Shown: positions 25,615-35,941 of the stretch, piece after piece
Layout of the letters: each line of letters begins with the position of its first letter
Numbering within the stretch: position 1 is the stretch's first letter
DNA from: Alphaproteobacteria bacterium
Lineage (GTDB): Bacteria; Pseudomonadota; Alphaproteobacteria; GCA-2731375
Length of the DNA stretch: 64,000 nucleotides
Reading direction: 5' to 3'
Assembly (NCBI GenBank): GCA_965226475.1
Contig: CBDDDJ010000005.1
Coordinates: 1,040,406 to 1,104,405, forward strand
Translations under genes and position numbers: made by a program
The notes under the pieces: generated by a model
What the model saw: only the letters and a program-made list of their open reading frames with translations
Databases searched by the model: none
What the model was told of the DNA's origin: nothing

Positions 25615-26816
25615 CCCTGGCCGAAATCGAGTTCATAGTCCAGAAGCTCGACCACTTCGCGCTCGTCCTCGATGCGGTCGGCGATGAGGTCGACGCTGTT
25701 GCGCCGGAGCGCCTCCTTGAAGTCGGCCGGGTGCAGGACGGCGCCGCCCTCGCGTCCATCTCCCAGCAGGAGATCGGAGGAGACCTTGACGAACTTCACG
25801 TGCTGTCGCGGCAGCGAGTCGAAGTCGATATTCAGGTCGTGGACCTGGTCCATCGAGAAACGGAAGCCGAGTTTCGCCAGGCGGTCGAGACAAACCTGGA
25901 CCCGGTCTTGGTGGCGCAGCAAATCGGACTGCGATAATTCGAACACCAAGCGGTCGGCGAGGTCGGAATTGCCCTCGAGGTAGAGCACGAACTCGGTGAT
26001 GAAATCGTCGTCGGCCAGCGTGTGGGAAGAGACGTTGATGAAGAGCGGCCCGCCGCGCTTGCGCTGCTTGATCTTGCGGGCGACCTGCACGCAGCGAAAC
26101 AACAGAAGATTGTCGATGGTGCTGATCAGCCCGGCCTCGCGGGCGGCCTCCAGATAGTCGTCCGGCATGACCACCTCGCCAGTGGGCGTGCGCAGGCGGG
26201 AATAGGCCTCGTGGAAGCGGATCTTGCGCTGCGGCAGGCTGACGATCGGCTGCAGGTAAAGATCGATGCGATTGTCGCCGAGCGCGGAGCGAATGGTGTC
26301 GAGGATGTCGCCCGAGCTCTCCGCCGGCGCCGTCGGCACGACGCGGAGAGGCGTCCGTCCGCCACCGCCGACCGCCGCGCCAGCCGCCCTGGCGGTCATG
26401 CCGGCCTGGCGCGCGCCGCCCCGGACCCCCGCGAGCTGGCCCAGTTGGTCCTGCAACACCCGCATCTCGGCGATCATCGCATGCCCGGCGCCGTGCTCGA
26501 CCCGCTCCTCGAGTTCATCGATCGTCCGGCGGGCCTCGGTCAGTTCGCCGACCAGCTCATTCTGGCCGCTCCTTAGCGCCTCGATGTCGATCGCATGGGC
26601 GCTCCAGGCCTGGCGGATCGTCTCGTCGATGTCTCCGGACTGGCGACGGCGGGAGATGATTTCATGCAACAATACCAACGCGAGGAAGAAACCGCCGCCC
26701 GCGATTTAGCCCGTGGTCACGCCGACATCGGGCACCATGGTCGGCAGGACCAGGGCGAAGATGGTGGCGAGTACGCCGTAGCTGATGATGGAAAGAAGGT
26801 GCGAGAAGATGGTCAT
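25575..26816 (-). pseudogene. Membrane-anchored EAL-domain protein (c-di-GMP phosphodiesterase-like) with an in-frame TAA at 26706-26708
   Basis: The EAL domain segments are YLQPIV, RFHEAYSRLR, VFELSQS and DFGQGYLFGEP. Upstream, the frame MTIFSHLLSIISYGVLATIFALVLPTMVPDVGVTTG is followed by TAA. It then continues in the same frame as IAGGGFFLALVLLHEIISRRRQ, a second hydrophobic helix. Confidence 0.7.
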
Positions 26817-26913
26817 GGGGCCTTCACTCTTGCTGGCGAGCCGGAGTTTGCGGGCCGGGTCTTGACAATCGGTTAACCAAGGGGGATAGCGCCCGCTGGC
26901 AGCGAGGTGAGGC

Positions 26914-28101
26914 ATGGCGATGAACATCGATTTGAAAGACTCGGGACCCGTCGGCGCACGGGCCGAGGTGGAGGCGCTGACCTCGTCCAAGATCCGCGAT
27001 GTCGCCAACGCGGCGATGGGGATCGAGGGCATCATCGCGCTGTGGTACGGCGAGCCGGACCAGCCGACACCCGAGTTCATCAACCGCGCCGCCGCCGAGG
27101 CGCTGACCGCCGGACGCACTTTCTATACCGAGAATCGCGGCATCGACGAGCTGCGCCAGACGATTGCCGACTACATGACCGACCTGCACGGCCGGCCGAT
27201 CGATTTCGAGCGGGTCAGCGTCACCGCTTCCGGCATGAGCGGGGTCAACCTGGTACAGCAGGTGCTGACCAACCCGGGCGACAACGTCGTCGTGGTCGGG
27301 CCGATCTGGCCCAACCTGATCCAGACCGTGCGGCTGATGAGCGGCGAGCCGCGCTTCGTCGGCCTTCGCCTCGGCAACCAGGGCTGGCGGCTCGACATGG
27401 ACGAGCTGTTCGACCGGGTCGACGGGCGGACCCGGGCGATCATGGTGAATTCGCCCTCCAACCCGACCGGCTGGGTCGCGACACGCGAGATACAGCGCCA
27501 AATCCTGGAGTTCTGCCGCGAGCGCGGGATTTGGCTGATCGCGGACGAGGTCTATGCCCGCCTGATCTATGACGGCGGCCGCGCCGCGCCCTCTTTCGTC
27601 GACCTCGCAGAGCCCGAGGACAGGATGATCGCCATCAACAGCTTCTCCAAGTCCTGGTGCATGACCGGCTGGCGGCTCGGCTGGCTGGTGGCGCCGCCGA
27701 GCCTGGGGCCGATCCTGGAGAAGTGTATCGAATTCCACTATTCCTGCCCGGCCGAATTCAGCCAGGTGGCCGGCATCACCGCGATCCGGGACGGCGAGCC
27801 CTTCGTCGCCGATCTGGTGCGCCGCTATGGCGAACTTCGCCGGATCACCATCGATCGCCTGCGCGCCCACCCCCGGATTCGGCTGGCGGAACCGGAAGGC
27901 GCCTTCTACGGATTCTTCGCCGTCGACGGCATGACGGACAGCCTGGACTGGTGCACCCGGGTGGTGCGGGAGAGCAAGGTCGGGCTCGCGCCGGGGTCCG
28001 CCTTCGGGCCAAAGAGCGAGGGTTTCATCCGCCTCTGCTATGCTCAGAGCCGAGACCGCCTGGTCGAGGCCTTCGATCGCCTCGACCCTTTCCTCGCGTG
28101 A
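26914..28101 (+). CDS. PLP-dependent aminotransferase, class I/II
   Basis: This is a 395-aa ORF. Supporting segments are the PLP-Lys region NSFSKSWCMTGWRLGW and NPSNPTG. Confidence 0.9.
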   Translation: MAMNIDLKDSGPVGARAEVEALTSSKIRDVANAAMGIEGIIALWYGEPDQPTPEFINRAAAEALTAGRTFYTENRGIDELRQTIADYMTDLHGRPIDFERVSVTASGMSGVNLVQQVLTNPGDNVVVVGPIWPNLIQTVRLMSGEPRFVGLRLGNQGWRLDMDELFDRVDGRTRAIMVNSPSNPTGWVATREIQRQILEFCRERGIWLIADEVYARLIYDGGRAAPSFVDLAEPEDRMIAINSFSKSWCMTGWRLGWLVAPPSLGPILEKCIEFHYSCPAEFSQVAGITAIRDGEPFVADLVRRYGELRRITIDRLRAHPRIRLAEPEGAFYGFFAVDGMTDSLDWCTRVVRESKVGLAPGSAFGPKSEGFIRLCYAQSRDRLVEAFDRLDPFLA

Positions 28102-28111
28102 GGCTGGAGCG

Positions 28112-29200
28112 ATGACCGGGGCCCGCGACCTCCGCGCCCTGCCGAAAGCGCATCTCCATATCCACCTCGAAGGCGCGATGCGGCGAGAAACGCTGGAAGA
28201 ACTCTGCCAACGCTACGACGTTCCCGTTCCGCCCGATACGCGTGGCCAGCGGTTCGACAATTTCGACGGTTTCGTCGAAACCTATTTCGCCGCCTGCCGC
28301 TGTCTCGTCACCCGCGACGATCTCGCCCGCCTGGTCCGGGAGGTGGCGGAGGACGCGGCGGCGCACGGCGCCTGGTGGATCGAACCCGCTTTCGATGCCG
28401 AACGCTTCATGGTGCCGGGCCCGGACAGGCGGCCGCCACTCTTCGCCAGCCAGGAAGAGGGCTGGGAGTTCGCGCTCGAGGCGGCGCAAGCGGCGGGTCG
28501 CGCGACCGGTGTCGGCATCGGCTACCTCTCCGCCGTCGACCGATCGCAGCCCGTCGAGCAGGCCCTGGAGCGGGCCCGGATCACCGCCGAATTGGTTAAA
28601 CGCGACCGCCATGGGATCGAGAGCGGCATGGCCTCCCTCACCGGGCGCCACGCCGGAATCGTCGCCTTCGGCCTGCACGGCAACGAGGAGGGCTTCCCGC
28701 CCGAACCCTTCGCCGAGGCCTTCCGTATCGCCCTCGACGACACGGGCCTGCTGTCGGCGCCGCACGCGGGCGAAATCGCGCCCTGGCCCGATGGCGGGCC
28801 CGCCTCGGTCCGCGATGCCCTCGACCATCTCGGCGCCGACCGCATAATGCACGGCGTTCTGGCGATAGAGGACGAAGCGCTGCTGAATCGCCTGGGCGAG
28901 GCCGGCGTCTACCTCGACGTCTGCCCGTCCTCGAACCTGTTGCTGAACGTCTTCCCGGACGTCGCCGCCCACGCCCTGCCGCGCTTGTTGGAGCTGGGCA
29001 TCCCCTGCGACCTCGGCAGCGACGATCCCCTGCTCTTCGGCCCCGACCTGGTCGACGAGTTCACGCTCGCCCGCGAGGAGATGGGCCTCGACGATCACGC
29101 ACTCGCCGACCTCGCCCGGAGCTCCTTCGAATACTCGGGTGCGCCCTCGGAAGTGAAGGCCGCCGGCCTCGCCGCGATCGGGGACTGGCTCGGGGGCTGA
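28112..29200 (+). CDS. Adenosine/adenine deaminase family protein
   Basis: The start is placed at ATG 28112. Supporting segments are LPKAHLHIHLEGAMRRETL, HAGE and GSDDPLLFG. Confidence 0.85.
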   Translation: MTGARDLRALPKAHLHIHLEGAMRRETLEELCQRYDVPVPPDTRGQRFDNFDGFVETYFAACRCLVTRDDLARLVREVAEDAAAHGAWWIEPAFDAERFMVPGPDRRPPLFASQEEGWEFALEAAQAAGRATGVGIGYLSAVDRSQPVEQALERARITAELVKRDRHGIESGMASLTGRHAGIVAFGLHGNEEGFPPEPFAEAFRIALDDTGLLSAPHAGEIAPWPDGGPASVRDALDHLGADRIMHGVLAIEDEALLNRLGEAGVYLDVCPSSNLLLNVFPDVAAHALPRLLELGIPCDLGSDDPLLFGPDLVDEFTLAREEMGLDDHALADLARSSFEYSGAPSEVKAAGLAAIGDWLGG

Positions 29201-29207
29201 GGCTCCC

Positions 29208-29897
29208 TCACCCGTTCAAGATGATCCCGGTCAACTCGTCCGGCGTGCTCAACATCGGATAATGGCCCGTGTCGAGTTCGTGCCAGCGGGCGCCCAAGGT
29301 CTCGGCGCAGCGCCGTTGATGGGGCTCGCCCGGGTTCTGGGCCTGGCGGCAATAGAGCACGGAAGCCTCCCAGGGTATCTCCCAGAACTTTTCCAGGACC
29401 ACGGGCTCGGTGAAGCAGCCGATGGGATGGAGCGTGATCCGGTCCACGGTCCAGGCACGCAATTCGGGCTCCAGGTCCTTGAACAGCCGGCCCTCGGCGT
29501 CGGCGCGGTCGGGGCCGCGGGCGATCTCCGTGGTGATCGCCGCGGCGCGGGACACGATATCGGCGATCCTCTCGCCATGCCTCAGCGCCAGCGCGTCGGC
29601 GAAGACCAGCCGCGAGACGCGCTCGGGCACCGTCTCCGCCACCTTGGCCATCACCATGCCACCGCTGGAGGTGCCGGCCAGGACCACGTCGTCCAGGTCC
29701 TCCATGAACAGCAGCCGGGCAACCTCTTCGGCATGGCTTTCGGTGGTGATGCCGGGACGGATCGCGCCGGCCCGTTCGGCGCAGCCGTCGAGACTCGGCG
29801 TCAACACGCGGTGGCCGGCATCCATGAGCCGCGCCGCGACTGGACTCCAGATCCAGCCGCCCTGATAGGCGCCGTGGATCAACACGAACGTCGTCAT
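29208..29897 (-). CDS. Alpha/beta hydrolase (methylesterase/SABP2-like)
   Basis: This is a 229-aa ORF. Supporting segments are TFVLIHGAYQGGWIW and GTSSGG. Confidence 0.8.
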   Translation of the reverse strand: MTTFVLIHGAYQGGWIWSPVAARLMDAGHRVLTPSLDGCAERAGAIRPGITTESHAEEVARLLFMEDLDDVVLAGTSSGGMVMAKVAETVPERVSRLVFADALALRHGERIADIVSRAAAITTEIARGPDRADAEGRLFKDLEPELRAWTVDRITLHPIGCFTEPVVLEKFWEIPWEASVLYCRQAQNPGEPHQRRCAETLGARWHELDTGHYPMLSTPDELTGIILNG

Positions 29898-29909
29898 GTG
29901 GGCCTCACT

Positions 29910-30350
29910 CTACCACTTGCCGGTGTTTTCCATCGAAGCCCAGGGTTCGGCCGCGTCGCGCGGGCCGCCCTTCTGCAACAGCTCCACCGAGACGTTGTCG
30001 GGAGAGCGGACGAAAGCCATGTAGCCGTCGCGCGGCGGCCGGTTGATGGTGACGCCGCCGTCCTGGAGTTTCTGGCAGGTGTCGTAGATGTCATCGACCT
30101 CGAAGGCCAGGTGGCCGAAGTTTCGGCCCTCGCCATAGTCCTCCGGGTCCCAGTTGTAGGTGAGCTCCAAGAGCGGCGCCTTGGCCTCGCGCGCGGCCTG
30201 CTCGTCCTCGGCGGCGGCGAGGAAGATGTTGGTATAGCGGCCCTTCTCGCTCTCGGTGCGGCGCACCTCGACCATGCCCAGCAAGCCGCAATAGAAACCG
30301 AGTGTCCGATCGAGATCGGTGACGCGCACCATGGTGTGGAGATATTTCAT
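29910..30350 (-). CDS. gloA: Lactoylglutathione lyase (glyoxalase I)
   Basis: The start is placed at ATG 30350 ([26 protein letters not shown]...). Supporting segments are [16 protein letters not shown] and VELLQ. The protein is 146 aa. Confidence 0.85.
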   Translation of the reverse strand: MKYLHTMVRVTDLDRTLGFYCGLLGMVEVRRTESEKGRYTNIFLAAAEDEQAAREAKAPLLELTYNWDPEDYGEGRNFGHLAFEVDDIYDTCQKLQDGGVTINRPPRDGYMAFVRSPDNVSVELLQKGGPRDAAEPWASMENTGKW

Positions 30351-30418
30351 CGGGGATCCTCCCTCGGCGGATATCGTTGCGTGATTGATAACATGTCGGC
30401 GGTCGCCGGCAAGCCTCC

Positions 30419-32074
30419 TCAACCAAACGGCCGGAGGTTGGAGATCGCCTGTTCCTCGCTCGTGATGAATTCCAGCAGCGCCGCCTGGCCGTTCTCCGTC
30501 GCCTGGCGCGCGCGCAGGAAGGCGGGGCCAACGTCGGCCGGATCCGCCACCCGCTCCGCCCAGCCGCCGAGCGCGCGGGCGATATCGGCATAGTCGCCGC
30601 CGACGTCGCGGGTGCGGTAGCGCTGGTGGCTGCGGGCCATGTGGGTGACCTCCACCGCCATGGTCGAGTTCTTCAAGACGACGGTGCAGATCGGCAGGTT
30701 CATCCGCACGGAGGTCTCGAAATCGAGTCCGGTCATGCCGAAGGCGGCGTCGCCCATGATGTTGACGCAGAACTTGTCGGGTGCCGCCAGCTTGGCCCCG
30801 ATGGTGAGGCCGAGGCCGGTGCCGAGCTGGTGCGACTTGCCCCAGCCGAGATAGGTCCTGGGCCCGTCCGTCTCGTAGAACGGCATGATCTCGTAGCGCG
30901 GGTTGCCGGCATCATGGGTGACGATGGCCTCCGATGGCGGCACGTTCCGCATCAACTCCCAGATCACCCGGTAGGGATTGATCGGCACTTCGTCCGAGGT
31001 GAGCTTGCCCATCCATTCGGCGAGCCAGGCCTCGTGCACCTTGGCGATCTCGCCCGCCGTATCGCGCGCCTGGCGGGCCGGGCCGGCGCTCAGCAAATCC
31101 TGGGCGCAATCGATGAACTGTCGCAGCACAAGTTTGGCGTCGCCCAGGATCGGGTGGTCGGCGGCGTAACCCTTGTTGAGGTCGATGGCGTCGTTGGTGA
31201 CATGGATGATGGTCTTGCCCGCCGGGATCGGCGTCACCATGCCGTGGCGCGTCAGACTGGTGCCGACGGCCAGCACCAGGTCGGCTTCAGCCAGGAAGTG
31301 GCGGGTGGTGCCGTTCATCACGCCGTGGCCGCTGCCGACGGACAGCGGATGGTGGCGCTCCGAGATCGCGCTCTTGCCCTCCATCGTCGTCATCACCGGA
31401 ATTTCCAGCGCCTCGGCCAGCGCCGCCAGTTCGGCCGTCGCCTTGGCGTAGAGCACGCCGGCGCCGGCCACCAGAAGCGGCCGTTGGGCGGCGAGCAGCG
31501 CCCGGGTCGCGGCGTCGATGTCGGCCGGATCGCCTTGGCTGCGGGTGGCGCGCACCGGCTGGTAGGCGTCGATCTCGGCGTCGTCGATCTCCTGGGCGCC
31601 AACGTCCTGCGGCAGCTCCACCATCACCGGGCCCGGGCGGCCGGTCTTGAGGCGGGAAAGCGCGCGGCGCATCGCCGGCACGGTTCGCTCCGGCACCGAG
31701 ATCTGTTCCACCGATTTGGTCATGGATTCATACCCGCGCGGCGCGCTGTAGAGGGGGAAGACCCCGTCCTGGGCACGGTTATGGCCGAGCGGGAGGAGCA
31801 GCATGGGCGTAGAATCCGAATAGGCCGTGGCGATGCCGGGATAGGCGTTCTCCGCCCCCGGTCCGTACTGCATGGCGAAAACGGCGGGCGGCTTGCCGTT
31901 GGAGACCCGCGCGAAGCCGTCGGCGATGCCGACGCCGACCCGTTCCTGCCGGCAGATCACCGGCTGGATGCCGATCGAGGCGGCGGATTCGATCAAGGGC
32001 GTGGTCGGATAGCAGCAGAGGTATTCCACCCCCTCGGCTTCGAGGATTCGGGCGATGGCGTCGTAGATCAACAT
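30419..32074 (-). CDS. Thiamine-pyrophosphate-dependent enzyme (acetolactate-synthase-large-subunit-like)
   Basis: This is a 551-aa ORF. The N-terminal pyrimidine-binding segment is [11 protein letters not shown]...[14 protein letters not shown]. The C-terminal TPP motif is [17 protein letters not shown]. Confidence 0.9.
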   Translation of the reverse strand: MLIYDAIARILEAEGVEYLCCYPTTPLIESAASIGIQPVICRQERVGVGIADGFARVSNGKPPAVFAMQYGPGAENAYPGIATAYSDSTPMLLLPLGHNRAQDGVFPLYSAPRGYESMTKSVEQISVPERTVPAMRRALSRLKTGRPGPVMVELPQDVGAQEIDDAEIDAYQPVRATRSQGDPADIDAATRALLAAQRPLLVAGAGVLYAKATAELAALAEALEIPVMTTMEGKSAISERHHPLSVGSGHGVMNGTTRHFLAEADLVLAVGTSLTRHGMVTPIPAGKTIIHVTNDAIDLNKGYAADHPILGDAKLVLRQFIDCAQDLLSAGPARQARDTAGEIAKVHEAWLAEWMGKLTSDEVPINPYRVIWELMRNVPPSEAIVTHDAGNPRYEIMPFYETDGPRTYLGWGKSHQLGTGLGLTIGAKLAAPDKFCVNIMGDAAFGMTGLDFETSVRMNLPICTVVLKNSTMAVEVTHMARSHQRYRTRDVGGDYADIARALGGWAERVADPADVGPAFLRARQATENGQAALLEFITSEEQAISNLRPFG

Positions 32075-32574
32075 GGGTGTCTCCCTGGAAGGGCGCGCGG
32101 TAGGCGCGATACTTTAGAGCGTCGTCGCATCTGGAGGAAACGCGATTAGCTCCTCGTCATCGCGCGCGGCGCGTGGCGGCCCACGCGACCTCAATGCCGT
32201 GCCGTGTCGTCGATGCCGATAACGCCGTCCGGGATGGCCTCGCCTCGCCCGCGATGATGTCAACCGGCTCGCGCACTGGTACCAAAAAGAGGTCACAAAA
32301 AGGGGGTCATCCAACTTTGCTCGGCTCGGCGTGGCGCGCTCGAGGCGGCCCAGACCATCGAGCAAGCCCGGCCCCATGGCGTATGACCGCTTTCTCGGGG
32401 CTTGTCTGTTGTTGCCCCGATATTCACCTAAACATTAGGCTATGCTGTTTTTCTGAGGATGACCCATTTTCTCCGCCGTCCCGATCTAAATGCGGATTCA
32501 TGACGACGCGTCTCCCGCGCTATTGTCGTGGCCAAGAGGACGATCGGGTATTTCCCGATTCATGGGAGGATGTG

Positions 32575-32919
32575 ATGAAAAATTTGAAGTTGGTTCTCAT
32601 CGCCGTCGCGGCGGCGGTGGCGTTGCCGCTGTCGACCGGCGTTCAGGCGTTTGATTGTCCCAATCGCTTCAACGCCGCGCAGTCCGCGATCGACAAGGTC
32701 ACCGCCGACATGAAGGGCATGAAGGATAAGATGTCGAAGGCGCAGCACGCGCTCGTTCATTCCCTGATCGACGATGCGAAGATGATGCTGGCCGGCGCCA
32801 AGCACAACCACGAAAAGCCGCAGGGCGCTTACGATCATGCCCGCTCGGTGGCCAAGGCGACCGCCGCGCTGGGCCACGCCGAGGCGGCCGACATCCTGCA
32901 TCAGAAGTATATGAAGTAG
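32575..32919 (+). CDS. Small secreted His/Met/Lys-rich protein, unknown function
   Basis: The start is placed at ATG 32575 after gggagg. The signal peptide is MKNLKLVLIAVAAAVALPLSTGVQA. The mature part of about 90 aa looks helical, with HALVH, KHNHEK, YDHARS and GHAEAADILHQKYMK. Confidence 0.6.
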   Translation: MKNLKLVLIAVAAAVALPLSTGVQAFDCPNRFNAAQSAIDKVTADMKGMKDKMSKAQHALVHSLIDDAKMMLAGAKHNHEKPQGAYDHARSVAKATAALGHAEAADILHQKYMK

Positions 32920-33003
32920 CGACGAGCCGGCCACCGAGGCTGGAAGCTGGTCGGCAAGTCATCGGCGCTCTTGCACGGTTCTTTCCAGACTGGTTGCCAC
33001 TCA

Positions 33004-33933
33004 GAGTCCGACTCGAAATGAATCGAGTGTTTTCAGGCTCTTGCGAGACGGCGCGTGAGGAGTTGGATGCTGGCGAGGAAGATCCAGGCCTCGGCGGTCT
33101 CGATGGCCGTCTCGAAGTCCTTGGCCAGCCGCCGGTTTCGATTGAGCCAGGCGAGCGTGCGCTCGACGACCCATCGGCGGGGCAGGAGTTGGAAGCCCTT
33201 CACGCCCGCGGGACGGTTGACGATCTCCAGCGACCAGCGGCCGATCCGCTTCAGTGCGCCCTCGAGCTTGGGCCCGGCATAGGCGCCGTCGGCGAAGACG
33301 TGGCGCAGGCGGGGAAAGTGGCGGGGGATGGCGGCGAACACCGCCGGCGCGCCGTCGCGGTCCTGGATGTCGGCGCCGTGGACCACGACCGCGACCAGCA
33401 GGCCGCCGGTGTCGGTGAGGATGTGACGCTTGCGGCCCTTGACTTTCTTTCCGGCGTCGAAGCCCCGGATACCGCCGCTTTCCGTGGTTTTTACGCTCTG
33501 ACTGTCGATGATACCGGCCGACGGGCCGGCCGCGCGGCCCTCGGCCTCGCGCGCCGCGACCAGCAGTTGCCGGTTGACCTCGGACCAGGTGCCGTCGTCC
33601 CGCCAGAGATAAAAGTAGCGCTGCACCGTCGAGCGTGGCGGGAAGTCCCGGGGCAGCATGCGCCATGGACAGCCGCTACGCAGTAGGTAGAGGATCGCGT
33701 TCACCACCTCGCGCAATGCCGTCGTCCGAGGCCGTCCCAGCGCTTTGGCGCGAGGCAGCAACGGCTCCAGCACCTTCCATTCTCCATCCGTCAGGTCGCT
33801 TGCGTAGCGCAGCAGGTCGCGTTCATACTTCGGGCGAGTGATTTTGGTCCACATGTTGTGTCTCCCTGGTTGCTAAATACAAACAGTGAATCACAACTGA
33901 CTGAAATCACTCAACTCTTTTCGGGCCAGACAC
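33004..33933 (-). mobile_element. IS5-family element (IS1031/IS427-like), copy A, 930 bp
   Basis: It is near-identical to 44022-44950. The inverted repeats are GTGTCTGGCCCGAAAAG / GAGTCCGACTCGAAATG. On the + strand the flanks are TCA (33001-33003) and TTA (33934-33936), an imperfect duplication. Confidence 0.9.
33033..33854 (-). CDS. IS5-family transposase (DUF4096 plus DDE_Tnp_1-like)
   Basis: This is a 273-aa single ORF. Supporting segments are [44 protein letters not shown] and [22 protein letters not shown]. Confidence 0.9.
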   Translation of the reverse strand: MWTKITRPKYERDLLRYASDLTDGEWKVLEPLLPRAKALGRPRTTALREVVNAILYLLRSGCPWRMLPRDFPPRSTVQRYFYLWRDDGTWSEVNRQLLVAAREAEGRAAGPSAGIIDSQSVKTTESGGIRGFDAGKKVKGRKRHILTDTGGLLVAVVVHGADIQDRDGAPAVFAAIPRHFPRLRHVFADGAYAGPKLEGALKRIGRWSLEIVNRPAGVKGFQLLPRRWVVERTLAWLNRNRRLAKDFETAIETAEAWIFLASIQLLTRRLARA

Positions 33934-33940
33934 TTAGGTT

Positions 33941-35941
33941 GTGGAGGTAAGGGTGGGTCGTTTCGCCCACATTCCGGCCGCACTTGGTCTTTGCGTCGGA
34001 CTGACGTCGGCGCAACTCGCGCTTGCGGTGGAAACGGCACCTCCCTCCCCGATCGCAGGCATGTCCAAAGGCGCGGTCACGGTCGGTCGCGACCTCGACG
34101 GCGACGGCGACCCCGATGAGGTGCATATCCGCCTCGAGGTCATCGAGATCACCCAGGAAGTCTACCCGGGCGGCCAGGTGCCGTTCTGGGTATTCGCGCC
34201 GGTCGGCCAGGGCATGACGCCGATCGCCCGCGCACCGAGCCCGACCCTTCGCGTCGAGGAAGGCGACCGCGTACGGGTGACCCTTGAGAATACGCATTAC
34301 TTCCCACATACCATTCACCTGCACGGCACGATCCATCCGAATGCTTCGGACGGCGTGCCCGACATCACCCAGCCGGCGGTCAAGCCGGGCGAGGCGTTCA
34401 CTTACGAATTCGTCGCCAAGAACCCGGGTACCCACTGGTATCATTGCCACGTGCAACCCGACGTCCATGTCGAGAGGGGCCTGGTCGGCATGCTGATCAT
34501 CGAGCCCAACCGGCCCGACAATCATTTCCCGCACCTCGTCCCGGGGGCCGGCCGCATCGCCGAACTCGCCAAGGCGACCGCCGAGCGCTACGACCGCGAA
34601 TACTCGCTCGTCTACACCGACATCGACGAGCGGCTGCACCGCATCCCGGCGGCCGTCGCCGATCCGCGCGACATCGAAAAGCGCATGCATCGCGACTACG
34701 ACACGACCCGACGCGAGGCCAATCTGTTCATGCTCAACGGCCGCTCGTTCCCGCATACGCTGCGCGATACGCCGATCGACGTGGCGGCCGGCGAGCGCAT
34801 TAAGCTGCGCGTGCTCAACGCCGGCGAACGCACGATCAATCTGCACACTCACGGCCACCACCCCATAGTCACCCATCTCGACGGCTACGCCGTGCCGGAC
34901 GGGGCGCGGATCAGCCGCGACGTCGTCTCCATCGGCGCGGCCCAGCGCGTCGATCTCGAGCTCAGGCCGGGCGCGGACGAAAGATATGCCTCGGGACCCG
35001 GCGTGTGGCTGATGCACGATCACACCGAACGCGCCACGACCACGAATGGCATCAATCCGGGCGGCGATCTCAACGTCATCGTCTACGACGGCTTCCGTGA
35101 TACGGCGTCGGGCTTGCCGAAAGTGGCAACCAGCCTGGAACGCTTCTTCGACCCGGCCTACTATCGTTGCGAGGTTCCCGTGTTCGACCCCGAAATCTTC
35201 CATACCTCACGCCAGGACTATGATTACGGCTGGTCCGAGGTGGAACTCGCCATCGCGCTTCCGGAGTATCCAGTGCGCGATCGGCTGGCGGGATCTTCGC
35301 CGCCACACGATCCCCTGGCCGGTCATCGGCCCCTCGCCGGAGCCTGCGACGCGCCGCGCGGGTTCCAACGAGTCACGATTCGGGGCGGCCGCCGGCAAGC
35401 GCGGTCTGGCACGGTGTTCGGGTTTTCGCCACGCGAAATCAACGTCGAGCGTTACCAGGAGGTCGAGATCGTGTTCGAGAACACGGACGCGGTCAGACAC
35501 GCGCTGATGATCCCGGGGCTCGATCCGATGTTCGCGCTCGAATTTACCGGCCCCGGGATGCGCACCGCCCGCTTCGTCGCCCCCGACCGGGACATCACCC
35601 TGGCGTTCCATTGTCACGTCGAGACTCACGAAAAGATGGGCATGCATGGCCGGCTCGTGGTCGGCAAAGGTAGTGCGCCAGCGGTACATGCGCATACCCG
35701 TCCAGCCAAAGGGGCAAGAGAGCTCCACCAGGGTGTCGGCGTCATCATTTCAGTCGAGCCACGCGAGAGCCGCATCGTCCTCGACCATGAGGCAATACCG
35801 AATTTTATGGCGCCGATGGTGATGAGCTACGCCGTCGTACCGGTCGAGATCTTGCATGGGCTCGAGGCGGGCCAGAAGGTGCGCTTCACGATTGACGCGA
35901 AAATTCGTAAAATCGTCGCCGTCGAGCCGATAGAGGAATAG
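33941..35941 (+). CDS. Multicopper oxidase fused to an extra cupredoxin domain and a CusF-like C-terminal domain
   Basis: This is a 666-aa ORF with a signal-like N-terminus. The MCO copper ligand blocks are HTIHLHG, HWYHCHV...GM, NLHTHGHH and WLMHDH. A second blue-copper motif FHCHVETHEKMGMHG follows. The C-terminal ~80 aa, with IPNFMAPMVMSYAV, are CusF-like. A GTG at 33953 is an alternative start. Confidence 0.85.
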   Translation: MEVRVGRFAHIPAALGLCVGLTSAQLALAVETAPPSPIAGMSKGAVTVGRDLDGDGDPDEVHIRLEVIEITQEVYPGGQVPFWVFAPVGQGMTPIARAPSPTLRVEEGDRVRVTLENTHYFPHTIHLHGTIHPNASDGVPDITQPAVKPGEAFTYEFVAKNPGTHWYHCHVQPDVHVERGLVGMLIIEPNRPDNHFPHLVPGAGRIAELAKATAERYDREYSLVYTDIDERLHRIPAAVADPRDIEKRMHRDYDTTRREANLFMLNGRSFPHTLRDTPIDVAAGERIKLRVLNAGERTINLHTHGHHPIVTHLDGYAVPDGARISRDVVSIGAAQRVDLELRPGADERYASGPGVWLMHDHTERATTTNGINPGGDLNVIVYDGFRDTASGLPKVATSLERFFDPAYYRCEVPVFDPEIFHTSRQDYDYGWSEVELAIALPEYPVRDRLAGSSPPHDPLAGHRPLAGACDAPRGFQRVTIRGGRRQARSGTVFGFSPREINVERYQEVEIVFENTDAVRHALMIPGLDPMFALEFTGPGMRTARFVAPDRDITLAFHCHVETHEKMGMHGRLVVGKGSAPAVHAHTRPAKGARELHQGVGVIISVEPRESRIVLDHEAIPNFMAPMVMSYAVVPVEILHGLEAGQKVRFTIDAKIRKIVAVEPIEE

